Source: Methanothermococcus okinawensis (GTDB lineage Archaea > AGJL01 > Methanococci > Methanococcales > Methanococcaceae). From it: a DNA stretch of 64,000 bases. The stretch is from contig DQUI01000025.1 in the NCBI GenBank assembly GCA_015662355.1, forward strand, positions 90-64,089. The letters run 5' to 3'. Made by a program: the position numbers and the translations under genes. The notes under the pieces were generated by a model. It made no database searches. It was not told the origin of the DNA and saw only the letters and a list, made by a program, of their open reading frames with translations. Below, in pieces: positions 30,642 to 40,591 of this stretch (position 1 is its first letter; every line of letters begins with the position of its first letter).

Positions 30642-33316
30642 GTTTTACTTCCCCTATAGATAATGGCAATCCCATCTACAACTCCCTCTATATCCACTGC
30701 ATCTACCATTATACCTTCACTGAAGAGTGCCCTCTTAATGGACTTTATATGCTCCCTGTTTAACAGGCCAAACTCAGTTTCAAGACCCTCCTGAAGTATC
30801 TTCTCGATAGTCCCCTCATCTCCACTCTTTATAAACTCTATAACTTTTTTAGAGTCCCTTTTAAACTGGGGACCTATCTTAGATTTATCAGGTACAACCT
30901 CTACTATCCTCTGTTCCAACTTAGGTTTTCCGTGTATAACCTTCAACTCCTTGATATTCAAAGTTCCCTTTATATCCCTTATAACCTTTAACATCCTCTC
31001 GTAGTCTCCCTTATCCATGAGATATATCTCAACTCTCTCCAACTGGGCATTTAGAGGCATACCTTTGTTGGCCTTGTATCTCCTTATGGAAACTACTACC
31101 TTCTTTCCTAACTCCCCAACACTCTCCAACTCATGGTCTATCATATCCTCCTGGACTTCACACCAGCTAGTATGGAGGTTCTCCACCTTGTATATATCTC
31201 CCACTATCTGGGCGAAGTGTGGGGCAAAAGGTGCAAGGAGTTTTAAAACGTTAGTTATTACGTAGTAGAGGGTATAGAGACAGTGGAATCGATCCCTCTC
31301 AGATGTTTCCCCCTCCCTGTACAACCTGTACTTAACCATCTCTATGTAGTTGTCACAGAACTCGTGCCACAGGAACTTCTGAATATTAACTACAGTGTTA
31401 AACCTGTAGTTCTCCAGATCTTCAGTAACTCTTTTAATAAGTCTATTTAACTTACTGATTATCCAGAGATCCACTGGGTTGTCCAGGGAGATATCCCCTC
31501 TCTCTATAGCCTCCTTTATCTCCTCTATAGTTCTGTCCTCAAGGTGCATCCTTGCAAACCTTGCAGCATTCCAGAACTTCCTAAGGAATCTGTAGTTGTA
31601 GTCAACATCCTTCCAGGCAAAGGGCACGTCATTTCCAATGGAGCTGTTAGCAGCCCACATCCTCAGGGCATCTGCCCCGTACCTCTCAGTGATTTCAGAG
31701 GGTTCTACAATGTTCCCCCTACTCTTACTCATCTTATGGCCGTCCTCTCCAAATACCATACCGTTTATTACTATCTCCTCCCAAGGTTTCTCTCCTGTTA
31801 GTGCTATAGACTTTACGATGGTGTAGAAGGCCCAGGTTCTTATAATGTCATGCCCCTGGGGCCTCAGCTGCACAGGATAGTGCTCCCTGAAGAAGTCCTC
31901 ATCCTCTAACCATCCAGTTATTACCATAGGGGTGATGGAGGAATCCATCCAGGTATCTAGCACATCCCTCTCAGGTATAAGGTTTTTATTCCCACATTTA
32001 CAGGTATAGGGACACTCCACTGTAGGATCCACTGGGAGATCCTCCTCCCTGGCAACTACTACCTCCCCACACTCTGGACAGTACCATACAGGGATAGGGG
32101 TGGCAAATATCCTCTGCCTACTTATACACCAGTCCCAGTCCATATCCTCTATCCACTGGAGTAGTCTCTTCTTCATATACTCTGGAGTCCATCTGATCTC
32201 CTCAACTACCTCCCTGATCTTAGGCATTAACTTCCTTATATTTACAAACCACTGATCTCCAACGATAATCTCTATAGGGGTTTTACACCTCCAACATACC
32301 CCTACCTTCTGTTTTATACGCTCCTGCTTCAGAAGATAACCTTCCCTTCTAAGATCCTCTATTATCCTCTTTCTCGCCTCCTCAGTTTTCAACCCTGCAT
32401 ACTTACCACATATCTCTGTAAGTTCTCCCCTTTCATTTATAGCCTTTTTAATCTCAAGTCCGTGCCTCTTTACCCATACTACATCTGTCTTATCTCCAAA
32501 GGTACATACCATAACTACTCCAGTACCAAAGTTCATATCCACGTCCTCGTCCCCATACACCTTAACCTCGTAGTTGAAGAGGGGCACCTTAACAGTCTTC
32601 CCAATTATATCCCTATATCTCTCATCCCTTGGATTTACTACGATACCTACACAGGCAGGTAGTAACTCAGGTCTCGTAGTTGCAACTGTTAAATATCTAT
32701 CCTCCTCATCTCCCAGGGGAAACTTGATGTAGTTCAAATAGGTCTCCCTCTCTATATAGTTTACCTCTGCAAAGGCTATGGCAGTTTGACACCTTGGACA
32801 CCAGTTGACAGGGTGCTCCCCCCTGTATATGAGACCGTCCCTGTACATCCTGACAAATGCAGTTTGAGACTTTCTTATATACTCAGGTTTCATAGTTATG
32901 TATTCCCTACTCCAGTCTATAGATATACCTAGGGATTTTACCTGTTCTCTCATCTTCTTAATGTTTTCCTCTGTAAGCTTTATACATAGTTTCCTGAACT
33001 CCTCCCTGTCTATATCAGACTTTGTTATGTTGTAGAGCTCCTCCACTTTAACCTCTGTTGGAAGACCGTGACAATCCCATCCCTGGGGAAAGAGGACGTC
33101 GTAGTTATTCATCCTCTTAAATCTCGCTATTATGTCCATGTAGGTCCAGTTTAAGGCATGTCCAAGGTGCATCTTCCCTGTAGGATATGGAGGGGGAGTG
33201 TCTATTACGTAATGGGGTCTGTTTTTATCGTTTTTAAATTTGTAGATCTCTTCCTCCTCCCATCTCTTCTGTACTACCTTTTCCAGTTCTAGTGGATACT
33301 CCTTAGGCATCTCCAT
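30638..33316 (-). CDS. valS: Valyl-tRNA synthetase
   Basis: DTPPPYPTGKMHLGH (HIGH), WCISRQR, DTWMDSS, KMSKS. Confidence 0.97.
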   Translation of the reverse strand: MEMPKEYPLELEKVVQKRWEEEEIYKFKNDKNRPHYVIDTPPPYPTGKMHLGHALNWTYMDIIARFKRMNNYDVLFPQGWDCHGLPTEVKVEELYNITKSDIDREEFRKLCIKLTEENIKKMREQVKSLGISIDWSREYITMKPEYIRKSQTAFVRMYRDGLIYRGEHPVNWCPRCQTAIAFAEVNYIERETYLNYIKFPLGDEEDRYLTVATTRPELLPACVGIVVNPRDERYRDIIGKTVKVPLFNYEVKVYGDEDVDMNFGTGVVMVCTFGDKTDVVWVKRHGLEIKKAINERGELTEICGKYAGLKTEEARKRIIEDLRREGYLLKQERIKQKVGVCWRCKTPIEIIVGDQWFVNIRKLMPKIREVVEEIRWTPEYMKKRLLQWIEDMDWDWCISRQRIFATPIPVWYCPECGEVVVAREEDLPVDPTVECPYTCKCGNKNLIPERDVLDTWMDSSITPMVITGWLEDEDFFREHYPVQLRPQGHDIIRTWAFYTIVKSIALTGEKPWEEIVINGMVFGEDGHKMSKSRGNIVEPSEITERYGADALRMWAANSSIGNDVPFAWKDVDYNYRFLRKFWNAARFARMHLEDRTIEEIKEAIERGDISLDNPVDLWIISKLNRLIKRVTEDLENYRFNTVVNIQKFLWHEFCDNYIEMVKYRLYREGETSERDRFHCLYTLYYVITNVLKLLAPFAPHFAQIVGDIYKVENLHTSWCEVQEDMIDHELESVGELGKKVVVSIRRYKANKGMPLNAQLERVEIYLMDKGDYERMLKVIRDIKGTLNIKELKVIHGKPKLEQRIVEVVPDKSKIGPQFKRDSKKVIEFIKSGDEGTIEKILQEGLETEFGLLNREHIKSIKRALFSEGIMVDAVDIEGVVDGIAIIYRGSKT

Positions 33317-33406
33317 AGTTCTCCCTCAGATGTTATTTTTATAGTAAAATTTTAAATATTGCTATTAAAATATTAATAATATTAATTTTTTTTAAGGTGG
33401 AGACCT

Positions 33407-34021
33407 ATGGCAGGTATTTCTAAAATTTTAAAGTTGAAAAAGGAAGGGGGAAATGAAGTAAAAACCAAGGTAGAGAAGAGTACTCAGAAGGAAAAGAAAA
33501 AAGTTGACAAATCTAACGACAATACTTCTGAGAGTACCAGTGGTAGATGTATTAGTAAACGGTGGGTTCTACCTCTTCAATATGAGGATCTATACGAAGT
33601 AGACAGACCTACCTTAGGGAGGTATGTAGATGTAGTGGTATTTAGGGCATTTGCACTTTCTATTATAAAATACTTAGGATTTAACTCTATACATAAGATA
33701 TACCATGCAGGGGAAGACTTTGGGAGAAGTTTAGGGGTTAAAACTATTGATGAACTGATAGAGTGTTTCAAATATTTGAGGATAGGAGTTTTAGAGGTGG
33801 TAGAGGAGAATCCAATAAGGATCCGGGTATATGAGTCTGTGTTCTGTTCAGGCTTTCCAAATATTGGAGAGTGTGTCTGCCACTACGAGAGAGGTATTCT
33901 TGCAGGGTGTTTTGAAAACATACTGAGGAAGAAGGTAGAGGTGATTGAAACGAAATGTTGTGCCTGTGGTGACGATTACTGTGAGTTTGAAATACGTGTT
34001 ATTGGAGATTTAACTACATAA
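33407..34021 (+). CDS. V4R-domain protein with Lys/Glu/Ser-rich N-terminus
   Basis: ESVFCSG, CHYERGILAG, ETKCCACGDDYCEF. Confidence 0.8.
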   Translation: MAGISKILKLKKEGGNEVKTKVEKSTQKEKKKVDKSNDNTSESTSGRCISKRWVLPLQYEDLYEVDRPTLGRYVDVVVFRAFALSIIKYLGFNSIHKIYHAGEDFGRSLGVKTIDELIECFKYLRIGVLEVVEENPIRIRVYESVFCSGFPNIGECVCHYERGILAGCFENILRKKVEVIETKCCACGDDYCEFEIRVIGDLTT

Positions 34022-34674
34022 CTGTCTTTTATATACTTTTTGTACTTCTTTACAAACTTCATTATAATATCCCTCTCCATCTCTGAGATATTTAACACCT
34101 CACAGGTCCTCCTTCCAATATAGGATCTAGTAAAGAAGAGGGATACTGCACTGGTGAAGTTACAGGGGGTTCTTCCAACTTTCCCACTACCAAAATCTAT
34201 AAGGTATACCTGGGGATATCTTATTATAATATGTTTCCCTCCCTGAATCTCACCGTGATCTATTCTGTGGATGTCAAGACGAAGACACTGTTTTAAAACC
34301 TCCTTTATAATATGGAGGTACTCCTCCCTATCTATCTCCCCCCTGGAGATATATTCTTTCAAGGTAATCCCTTTAACGTACTCCATAATAAGGTAATCCC
34401 TGGAGAAAATGTATAACTTCGGTCCTATATTCAAGTTATTAACCTCTTTTAAGATGAGGCCTTCCTCATAAATGGTGTTTTTAGCGTCTACCCTTGGCAC
34501 CTTTATGGCAACTTCCCTGTTCCTGTATATACCTTTAAATACTACTCCCCTATGTCCCTTACCAAGGACATCTAAGAGTTCCATGTTATGGCTATCCACT
34601 ATATCCTCCAGTCTCCTCCAATTTACTAATTTCCCTATAACTTTATGTTCCTTAAATCTATCTAGGTAATCCAT
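33976..34674 (-). CDS. Atypical archaeal Ser/Thr protein kinase (RIO/Bud32-like fold)
   Basis: LGKGHRGVV glycine loop, VAIK, MEYVKG, HGEIQ, IDFG. Confidence 0.75.
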   Translation of the reverse strand: MDYLDRFKEHKVIGKLVNWRRLEDIVDSHNMELLDVLGKGHRGVVFKGIYRNREVAIKVPRVDAKNTIYEEGLILKEVNNLNIGPKLYIFSRDYLIMEYVKGITLKEYISRGEIDREEYLHIIKEVLKQCLRLDIHRIDHGEIQGGKHIIIRYPQVYLIDFGSGKVGRTPCNFTSAVSLFFTRSYIGRRTCEVLNISEMERDIIMKFVKKYKKYIKDSYVVKSPITRISNSQ

Positions 34675-34696
34675 AGGTCTCCCTAGAGGTTGTTGT

Positions 34697-34724
34697 TATA
34701 AGGCTTTCCCAGGGATAGTTATGG
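34697..34724 (+). repeat. 28-bp upstream element, copy 1 (before RecJ-like gene)
   Basis: TATAAGGCTTTCCCAGGGATAGTTATGG; 26 of 29 aligned columns match 63903-63931. Confidence 0.55.
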
Positions 34725-36055
34725 TGGCAACTGTATTGAAAGATAAAGGGACTTACGAGAGATATAGGAAAACAGTAAATGAGATTGTAGAGAAGATAAA
34801 AAATCACCAGGGGTTGATAAGGGTAATTACTCACTACGATGCAGATGGACTAGCTTCAGGTGCTATCCTTATAAAGATGCTTTACCGGTTGAACAAGGAC
34901 TTCCACCTCTCTATCGTGGAACATCTAAATGAGAAAACTATAAATCGACTACAGAAGGAATCTAACAATCCCCTCTACATCTTCTGCGACATGGGAAGTG
35001 CCTATATAGACAGGATTGCAGAGAGAGGTATGAACGCCATTATCTTAGATCATCATCCTCCAAAGTTAAGGTATACAAAGGTGGAGGAGGTACATCAACT
35101 TAACCCCCATCTCTTTAACCTTAACGGGGCACGGGAGATATCTGCAAGTGGTGTCTGTTACTTAGTAGCAAGGGAGTACAAGTTTTACGATCTCAGTATA
35201 TTTGCCATCGTAGGTGCTATTGGAGATATGCAACACGAGCCCTTCATAGGTATGAACAAGTTTATAGTAAACGAGGCAAGGGAGTACAGGTATCTAAGGA
35301 GTATAGTAAAAGATATTGTCTACAACGCCTACGACCTCCCTATCTGGCAGTCTATAATGTACTGTACAAGACCCTACATTAAGGAGTTAAGTGACAGGGA
35401 GAGTGTAATTAACTTGCTAAAAGAGTTAGGAATAGATCCTAATAAAACATACTTAGAGGGGGAGGAGAGGGATAAGTTAATCTCGGCACTTAAGAGATAC
35501 GTAGACGAGTCCCAGATCCTCGTAGACAGATATATTATAAACCACAAAATAGAGGATGCCTTCTATCTGTCAGAGATCCTCAACGCCTGTGGTAAGATGG
35601 GTATAGGATCAGTAGGTATAGGGGCTGCCTTAGAGGACGAGGAGTGTATAAGGATAGGGAGGGAGACGTATATCAAGTACAAGAGCGAGATTATAGAACA
35701 ACTGAGAAATATAGAGACACAGAAGTTAAACAACATAGAGTACTTCTTTGGAAAAAAGGGTACCATTGGACATATGGCCTCTCTCCTTGTAAGGGATAAA
35801 CCAGTTATTGGTATCTACGAGGAGGAGGGGTACTACAAGATATCTGCTAGAGGTAACAAGTTGTTGGTGGAGAAGGGACTAGATCTCTCAAAGGCTATGG
35901 GTGTGGCCTCTCAATTTGGAGGTAGTGGTGGAGGTCATAACATAGCTGCCGGTGCAAGGATACCTAAGATATATTTAAGTGCCTTTCTCCAGAAGGTAGA
36001 TGAGATAGTAGGGGAGCAGTTGAAGAAGGAAGGCATTAAAAATCCCATCTCTTAA
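34721..36055 (+). CDS. recJ: DHH-family RecJ/Cdc45-like exonuclease
   Basis: THYDADG, FCDMG, ILDHH, SASG, GAIGD, C-terminal GGGHNIAAGA (DHHA1). Confidence 0.8.
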   Translation: MVATVLKDKGTYERYRKTVNEIVEKIKNHQGLIRVITHYDADGLASGAILIKMLYRLNKDFHLSIVEHLNEKTINRLQKESNNPLYIFCDMGSAYIDRIAERGMNAIILDHHPPKLRYTKVEEVHQLNPHLFNLNGAREISASGVCYLVAREYKFYDLSIFAIVGAIGDMQHEPFIGMNKFIVNEAREYRYLRSIVKDIVYNAYDLPIWQSIMYCTRPYIKELSDRESVINLLKELGIDPNKTYLEGEERDKLISALKRYVDESQILVDRYIINHKIEDAFYLSEILNACGKMGIGSVGIGAALEDEECIRIGRETYIKYKSEIIEQLRNIETQKLNNIEYFFGKKGTIGHMASLLVRDKPVIGIYEEEGYYKISARGNKLLVEKGLDLSKAMGVASQFGGSGGGHNIAAGARIPKIYLSAFLQKVDEIVGEQLKKEGIKNPIS

Positions 36056-36557
36056 GTACCTCGTAGATCGGTCCACCTCTAGTTAAGATACTCCTCATCA
36101 GTACTATACTCTCTACGTACTGGGTCCCTATATCTACATCTCTGTATTTCTCTATCCTCTCTTTAAGGAGTTTCCTATTTCTAAGAAACTTTACCCTCCC
36201 TATTGTTACATGGGGTATATACTCCCTCTCCCTTCTAAAGTTTAAGTCTTCAAGTTTCCTATCTACCTCCTTAAAGAGAGGTACAAGGTTGGAGGCCCCT
36301 ACCCAGATAACCCTTATATAGTTCTCCCTGGGAAATACCCCTAAACCTTTTATACGACTCTCCACAGGTTCCATAGATAGATCTATGTTCTTAATCTCTT
36401 CAACAGTTTTCTCCTCAACTTCTCCGAGAAATTTAACTGTAATATGGAGGTTCTCCCTCTCTACTAATTTAATACCTTCTATCTTGAAGTTTTTCTTTAA
36501 ATTCTCCAGTTCTTCAACTATCTCTTCACTTAACTCAATAGCTAGGAAGCACCTCAT
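36036..36557 (-). CDS. thpR: RNA 2',3'-cyclic phosphodiesterase (2H family)
   Basis: RCFLAIE, two HxT motifs (LHITVKFLG, PHVTIGR), PIYE. Confidence 0.92.
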   Translation of the reverse strand: MRCFLAIELSEEIVEELENLKKNFKIEGIKLVERENLHITVKFLGEVEEKTVEEIKNIDLSMEPVESRIKGLGVFPRENYIRVIWVGASNLVPLFKEVDRKLEDLNFRREREYIPHVTIGRVKFLRNRKLLKERIEKYRDVDIGTQYVESIVLMRSILTRGGPIYEVLKRWDF

Positions 36558-36561
36558 AATT

Positions 36562-36714
36562 TCACTTTTTCAACAGTACAGGTATGTCCTCTACTATAGG
36601 ATAGCTCTCCCCACATCTCTTACATAGGAGTTTATTCTCATACTCTAGAAATTCTAAATCCCCTCCACAGGAGGGACACTGGAGTATATCTAAATACCTC
36701 TTTATCCAGGTCAT
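36562..36714 (-). CDS. Trm112-family methyltransferase activator (absent from ORF track, 50 aa)
   Basis: Manual translation MTWIKRYLDILQCPSCGGDLEFLEYENKLLCKRCGESYPIVEDIPVLLKK; ATGA overlap with the purB stop. Confidence 0.85.
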   Translation of the reverse strand: MTWIKRYLDILQCPSCGGDLEFLEYENKLLCKRCGESYPIVEDIPVLLKK

Positions 36715-38054
36715 CTTCTTAACTCCCTTATAACGTTGTCCACTATCTCTGGGGCAAGTCCTATATAGGTGGAGTAGTTAAACAGCTCCTCTAACTCCTC
36801 CTCAGTGAGATACCTCATAACTTCCCTGTCTTCCCTTAGAACATCCTTCAGATGCCTATTTTCATCATAGGCCTTCATGGCACATCTCCTCACTACCTCA
36901 TGGGCTCTCTGTCTACCCATACCCTTCCTGGCAAGGGCCATCATCACCCTTTCAGCCATTATAAGTCCCTTTGTCAACTCTAAGTTTTTCTTCACATTCT
37001 CCTTATTCACCCTTAACTTCCCAATACCCTTTATACTCAAGTCCAGGATGTGATCTAGGAGTACACAGGATTCAGGGAAAAGGCACCTCTCTGCAGAGGA
37101 GTTTGTTAAATCCCTCTCCTCCCATAGGGGGATGTTGTCAAATTCTCCAAGGGCATTTGTTTTAATTATCCTTGAGAGGCCACAGATCTGTTCAAAGGTT
37201 ATTGGATTTCTCTTATGGGGCATGGTGGAACTGCCCACCTGCTTTCTAGGATCGAACTCCTCCTCTAACTCTCCAATCTCTGTCCTCTGCATATTTCTAA
37301 CAGTTATTCCTATCTTGTTTAAGGTCTGGGCAATGAGGGCAAGGAGGGCCAGGAACTCTCCATGCCTATCCCTCTGAATAACCTGGTTGGAGATGAGGAC
37401 TGGAGTTAACCCCAGGATCTCCCCTACCCTCTTGTGGACCTCCATACCTTTCTCCCCCAGTGCTGCCATAGTACCTACAGCTCCAGTAACCTTGGAGACA
37501 CATAGTCTCTCCCTACACTCTTTAAGTCTATCTATATGTCTCTGGATCTCAGAGGCCCAGAGGGCGAACCTCATACCGTAGGTTGTAGGGATAGCATGCT
37601 GCCCGTGGGTCCTTCCAACACATACTGTGTATTTATGCTCCTCTGCCTTCTTAAGTAGTTCATCCTTTAACTTCTCCAACTTCCTAAGTAGAATATCCAC
37701 AGTTTCTCTGAACTGTAACGACTGGGCAGTATCTACTATGTCGTTAGATGTTACACCAAAGTGGACGTACTCCCCAGCATTCCCTTCACACACCTCTGCA
37801 AGGGCCTTTACCATAGCCATAACGTCATGTTTTATCTCCCTCTCGATCTCCTTAACCCTATCTAACTTTACATACTTTGTAGAGGCCTTTCTACAGATCT
37901 CCATTGCAGCCTCCTTAGGTATAATACCTAGTTCCCCCTGGGCCTTTGCAATAGCTCCCTCTACCTCTAACATCTTCTGTAATCTGTTTTCCTCGTCCCA
38001 GACCTTCTTCATCTCCTCAGAACCATACCTGTAGTCTATAGGATGTACTGCCAT
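36711..38054 (-). CDS. purB: Adenylosuccinate lyase
   Basis: HFGVTSNDI, GRTHGQHA, GSSTMPHKRNP signature. Confidence 0.96.
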   Translation of the reverse strand: MAVHPIDYRYGSEEMKKVWDEENRLQKMLEVEGAIAKAQGELGIIPKEAAMEICRKASTKYVKLDRVKEIEREIKHDVMAMVKALAEVCEGNAGEYVHFGVTSNDIVDTAQSLQFRETVDILLRKLEKLKDELLKKAEEHKYTVCVGRTHGQHAIPTTYGMRFALWASEIQRHIDRLKECRERLCVSKVTGAVGTMAALGEKGMEVHKRVGEILGLTPVLISNQVIQRDRHGEFLALLALIAQTLNKIGITVRNMQRTEIGELEEEFDPRKQVGSSTMPHKRNPITFEQICGLSRIIKTNALGEFDNIPLWEERDLTNSSAERCLFPESCVLLDHILDLSIKGIGKLRVNKENVKKNLELTKGLIMAERVMMALARKGMGRQRAHEVVRRCAMKAYDENRHLKDVLREDREVMRYLTEEELEELFNYSTYIGLAPEIVDNVIRELRR

Positions 38055-38066
38055 AGTAATACCTCC

Positions 38067-39296
38067 TTAAGCACCGTACTTCTCAGATCTGTTAATAAGA
38101 TCTAGGAGTATAGGCATGATATACTTACCTCTTATCCAGGAGAGACCTCCCTTATAGGTGGAGAACTCGTCAAATCTATCTACCTCGTCTGTTCTAACAC
38201 TTTTACCCCATATTACTATAGGAACAGGATCTGCAGAGTGATCCCTTATCTCTACTGGAGAGCTGTGATCCCCAGTTACTACTATGTAAACTTCCTCCCT
38301 ATCTACGTGATCTAGTATATACTTCATCATCTTATCTATGTTCTCCAACACCTTCACCTTTGTCTCGTAGTCACCGTCGTGGGAGGCCTCATCTGCACCT
38401 TTTACATTGACCATTATAAAGTCGTAATCCTTAATGCCCTCTACAGCAGCCTTGGCCTTACCTATATAATTTGTAGAGGGGGTACCTGTAGCACCCTCTA
38501 CAGGTATAAAGTCCAGTCCCAGTAGTTTTGCTATACCCTTTATCAATCCAGTACCTGCAATACAGGCACCTCTTAACTTGTACCTCTCATAAAATGGCTC
38601 TATGTTAGGGACTACCCCTCCACCTCTAGGTAGGATGATATTCCCTGGAGGCAGTCCTTTCCTTCTCCTATCCTGGTTTATAGGATGGTTATTTAACCTC
38701 TTGTGAGCTATCTCTAGGAGTTTGTTAAGAATATTTGCAGTCCTCTTTGCCTCTAGGGAATTCTCCAAAGGTTTAATCTCAGGTACTTTAACTCCTACTC
38801 TATGGGGGTCTCCATCTGATACCTTATCACTTAGTCCCTCCCCCCTTAGAACAAGGGCAGCTCTATAACCTCCAGATTCTTTAAATATTACCTTAACCCC
38901 CTCTATCTCCAATCCATCTATAACCTTCTCCAGTTCTTTAGTTTCCCCTATCCTCCCTGCCCTCCTATCTATCACTTTAAAATCTTCCTCTACAGTGGCG
39001 AAGTTACATCTAAATGCAACATCCCCAGGTTTCACATCTATCCCTACACCTGCAGCCTCGAAGGGACCTCTTCCAGTGTAGTACTTGTATGGATCGTATC
39101 CAAGGAGAGCTAAGTGGGCAGTATCACTTCCAGGCCTCACCCCTATATCTATAGCACTCATTATTCCACAGATTCCCTCCTTTGCCATCCTGTCTAACGT
39201 TGGAGTGTTAGCCTCCTTTAAAGGGGTATTCCCCTTTGCATTAGGTCTATCCCCTAACCCATCAATAACAAAGAGTATTATCTTCATAACTATCAC
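38067..39296 (-). CDS. apgM: 2,3-bisphosphoglycerate-independent phosphoglycerate mutase (archaeal)
   Basis: [45 protein letters not shown]. Confidence 0.93.
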   Translation of the reverse strand: MIVMKIILFVIDGLGDRPNAKGNTPLKEANTPTLDRMAKEGICGIMSAIDIGVRPGSDTAHLALLGYDPYKYYTGRGPFEAAGVGIDVKPGDVAFRCNFATVEEDFKVIDRRAGRIGETKELEKVIDGLEIEGVKVIFKESGGYRAALVLRGEGLSDKVSDGDPHRVGVKVPEIKPLENSLEAKRTANILNKLLEIAHKRLNNHPINQDRRRKGLPPGNIILPRGGGVVPNIEPFYERYKLRGACIAGTGLIKGIAKLLGLDFIPVEGATGTPSTNYIGKAKAAVEGIKDYDFIMVNVKGADEASHDGDYETKVKVLENIDKMMKYILDHVDREEVYIVVTGDHSSPVEIRDHSADPVPIVIWGKSVRTDEVDRFDEFSTYKGGLSWIRGKYIMPILLDLINRSEKYGA

Positions 39297-39392
39297 CTTA
39301 ATATTCCATCGTATGTCCTATCAACAGTCCCTTTATACCCTTGTTAGATATAGGGTATCTCTGTTTTACCTGAGAAGACATATATTTAATAT

Positions 39393-39422
39393 CCGTTGTT
39401 ATATTCTTAATATAACTAACGG
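39393..39422. promoter_or_regulatory. Inverted repeat in the apgM/amidohydrolase divergent region
   Basis: CCGTT-GTTATATT-ctt-AATATAAC-t-AACGG. Confidence 0.4.
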
Positions 39423-39442
39423 GATTAGAAGGTAGATAGAGG

Positions 39443-40591
39443 ATGTGCCCTGGAGACACTGTCTATCTCAAATCTCACTTCCTATACGGTGAAGACTTCC
39501 AGTACAGGAAGGGTATACTTGTTATCGAGGAGGGTATAATAAAGGGGTTTACAGGGGAACATATAAGGGACCCTATAATCCACAGAGGTGTTGTAATACC
39601 TCCCCTTATAAACGCCCACACCCATGTAGGAGACAACGTTATAAAAGATATAGGGATAAATAAAACCTTAGATGAACTTGTAAAACCACCCCATGGATTA
39701 AAACATGTACTCCTTAACGCCTGTAGTGACGAGGAGTTGATAGAGGGGATATTAGATGGGCTGGAAGAACTTAGAAATAACGGTATAACTTACTTCTGTG
39801 ACTTTAGAGAGGGGGGATTAAAAGGGATAAATCTCCTAAGGGAGGGGTATAGGAGATACAACAGGAGGTTCCCCTGTCCCCTTATACTGGGAAGGCCTAC
39901 AACCTCTAACAGGGAGGAGCTGAAGAAGGAGATAGGGGAGATATTAAAAGTGGCAGATGGAATAGGGTTAAGTGGATGTAACGAGTACTCAGACAGGGAT
40001 CTAAAGACTATCAGGAAGTTGGACTACAAGATGTTCTCCATACATGCCAACGAACACAGGGGCTCTATAGAGTACTCCAGGAAGACCTATGGGATGAGTG
40101 AGATTGAGAGAATAGTGGATCTAAAGCTCCACCCTACATTTATCGTCCATGCCACCTATACAACACCTTACGAGAGGGAGCTTCTAAGGGAACATAATAT
40201 ACCTGTAGTCCTATGTCCTAGGGCAAATGCCTCCTTTAACGTAGGGTTGCCAGATATTCACAGCTTAATGGACGAGGGTATACTTACTGGGCTAGGAACT
40301 GACAACTTTATGGCTAACTCCCCCTCCATACTGAAAGAGATGGATTTTATATACAAATTATACCATATAGACCCTAAGGAGATACTTAGATTTGCCACGA
40401 TAAATAACAGTAGAATACTGGGACTTGAAGATATAGGATTAATAGAGGAGGGCTATAGGGGAGTGTTCACCTTTATAAGAGATTGCCCCTCTATACGATA
40501 CTCTAAAAATATAGTGGCCTCTATAATAACTAGATGTGAGAAGGGAGAGGTTGTAATTTATGGGGGAGATGATGATAAGGGATCTTATTAA
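39443..40591 (+). CDS. Amidohydrolase-superfamily (deaminase-like) protein
   Basis: NAHTH, HANEH, VH, LCPRAN, LGTDN, ATINN. Confidence 0.85.
   Translation: MCPGDTVYLKSHFLYGEDFQYRKGILVIEEGIIKGFTGEHIRDPIIHRGVVIPPLINAHTHVGDNVIKDIGINKTLDELVKPPHGLKHVLLNACSDEELIEGILDGLEELRNNGITYFCDFREGGLKGINLLREGYRRYNRRFPCPLILGRPTTSNREELKKEIGEILKVADGIGLSGCNEYSDRDLKTIRKLDYKMFSIHANEHRGSIEYSRKTYGMSEIERIVDLKLHPTFIVHATYTTPYERELLREHNIPVVLCPRANASFNVGLPDIHSLMDEGILTGLGTDNFMANSPSILKEMDFIYKLYHIDPKEILRFATINNSRILGLEDIGLIEEGYRGVFTFIRDCPSIRYSKNIVASIITRCEKGEVVIYGGDDDKGSY

Noticed and set aside
2724-36055. Several short convergent gene overlaps (2724-2735, 16765-16768, 30638-30641, 36036-36055)
   Set aside because: They are expected in a compact genome with factor-dependent termination.
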